DNA of 33,451 bases from Licmophora abbreviata (lineage: Eukaryota), in contig OLMU01000258.1 in the NCBI GenBank assembly GCA_900291995.1, forward strand, positions 1 to 33,451. The letters run 5' to 3'. Shown piece after piece: positions 32,301 to 33,451 of the stretch. The position numbers were made by a program, and so were the translations under genes. Position 1 is the stretch's first letter. Every line of letters begins with the position of its first letter. Under the pieces are notes generated by a model, which was not told the DNA's origin, ran no database searches, and saw nothing but the letters and a program-made list of their open reading frames with translations.

Positions 32301-33451
32301 GGTGTGATTCAACGAGCCATGCGAGTGCATGTGCATTCCACGAGCGACCACCGTGTCGCCAAGCAGTTATCATGATTTTGGAAGTACTTTCTGAGTCGAC
32401 CAAAGGAGACTCGTTCTCAACAAGCGAGATAACGGTCATAAGGAGTACGTTGTCTATGCTGGTATGGCCTCCCAACGAGATGGCAGGATCATTTCTTTCT
32501 TGAAAAAGCGAATCAATCCACGTGTCAACTACTCGCTTCTGCACAAAGACGAGAGATGGTTCTGCCTCAAGCCCGACGCAAGTTCGCAGAAACATTGCTA
32601 TCTTCGTCGTGTCTGCACTGTATTGGTCCCGCTGTCTGTCCTCTTCTTCTATCTCCTCATAGGCGAGGCGATAATTATATGCATAATGCTGTGCTACGGC
32701 ATCGAGGCCTATGCCAGAGACGAACGCCTGAAGCGAATTACAACGCAACATGCCTGCCCACGCCGGGTCGTCGCTCGCCTCTGCAAGGATTGCAAGTCCT
32801 GCCGCGAAGAGTTCAAGATCACACTCCGCGGCGACGATTTCTCGAACAATTGACTCCCACAGCGTTCGACGTTGTTGCAATGCGATCGTTAGGAACATAT
32901 GAAGGAGCGTGAAAGCTTTTCGGACGAGACTATCTCGTTCACTAGTGAATCCTTGCGATGAGTGTGATGACGTGTGAATGACTAGCCATCGAAGCAAGTC
33001 GTTAATGATGAACCCGTCCATTGTTGAATGACGAATCTCTTGCATAGCATCGAAGGCGTATTCGGCACCGCAAAACTCCATGCAAGTTATCAAGAGTTCA
33101 TAGCCATGCACATCTGGCACGCTTCCGGAGTCACCCTGATATCTAGTCAGAGTAGAATGGAATTCATCACGGACGATAGGATTCAGGAGACTCCTACCTT
33201 TGTCTAGCACTCTCGACTGGGACTGTGTCCGCAACTTTAGTACGTGACGTAGAAGCAGAGAGAGTCGATGATCTACTCTCGAACCTCGATGTGCTTTCAT
33301 AGTTGACGGAACGGATTCAGACCAGAACCAAGTTTGAATGTCATAGATAGCGCTCTGCGGTCGACCCGTAGAGCTGGTATCCAATAGCGAAAATCCACGT
33401 CCAAGGCTCTGTAACAGCCCTTGATCAGCACCGATTGCGGAGCTGGACAAC
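29363..33451 (-). CDS. LTN1: E3 ubiquitin ligase Listerin (ribosome quality control), 5'-truncated by the window edge; exons >33451-29827 and 29749-29363
   Basis: C-terminal RWD-like region (REVTATYMQDE|CKLSVTISIPPSFPL, NQDGSLLDALMLWKQNVD) and RING domain (FAGVEPCVICYSV...CKTCSNVFHSSCLHKWFHSSGKSQCVVCQ). A long helical region lies upstream. Confidence 0.92.
29750..29826 (-). other. Non-canonical GC-AG intron in LTN1 (77 nt)
   Basis: GAG|GCAAGT donor, TACTAAC branch point (29784-29778) and CCCACAG|TGC acceptor. Removal joins the two ORFs in phase 0. Confidence 0.85.

Noticed and set aside
18260..33451. Apparent translation-control cluster (DPH2, Raptor, LTN1)
   Set aside because: These are housekeeping genes interspersed with unrelated ones. 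Nothing beyond adjacency suggests functional clustering.

Overview
Gene-dense eukaryotic genomic DNA with short spliceosomal introns (about 57-117 nt) and short intergenic gaps. The gene content, notably an LCIB/theta-carbonic anhydrase, suggests a stramenopile alga, most likely a diatom (inference). About 15 protein-coding genes are supported: a membrane-anchored metallophosphoesterase-like protein, a VOC/glyoxalase protein, a cytochrome P450, a small spliced UMA+UBA-like protein missed by the ORF track, a small acylation-motif protein, a 2xPDZ-like/F-box-like/ankyrin protein, an acidic disordered protein, a mitochondrial-type membrane protein, LCIB/theta-CA, glutaryl-CoA dehydrogenase, DPH2, an S10 serine carboxypeptidase, an AEC/PIN-like transporter, Raptor, and the 3' part of Listerin/LTN1. 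I found no RNA genes, CRISPR arrays or mobile elements. The best leads are a 127-aa candidate UBAP1/MVB12-like ESCRT-I subunit, a theta-CA with a hidden 5' exon encoding a mitochondrial-type presequence and two in-frame splice donors, CRE/CCRE-like promoter elements, a GC-AG intron and an SH3/Tudor-like insert in Listerin, and an 11-mer recurring in three upstream regions. Two single-base frameshifts in short homopolymers are probably assembly errors. All family assignments come from motif recognition by eye, not from database searches.
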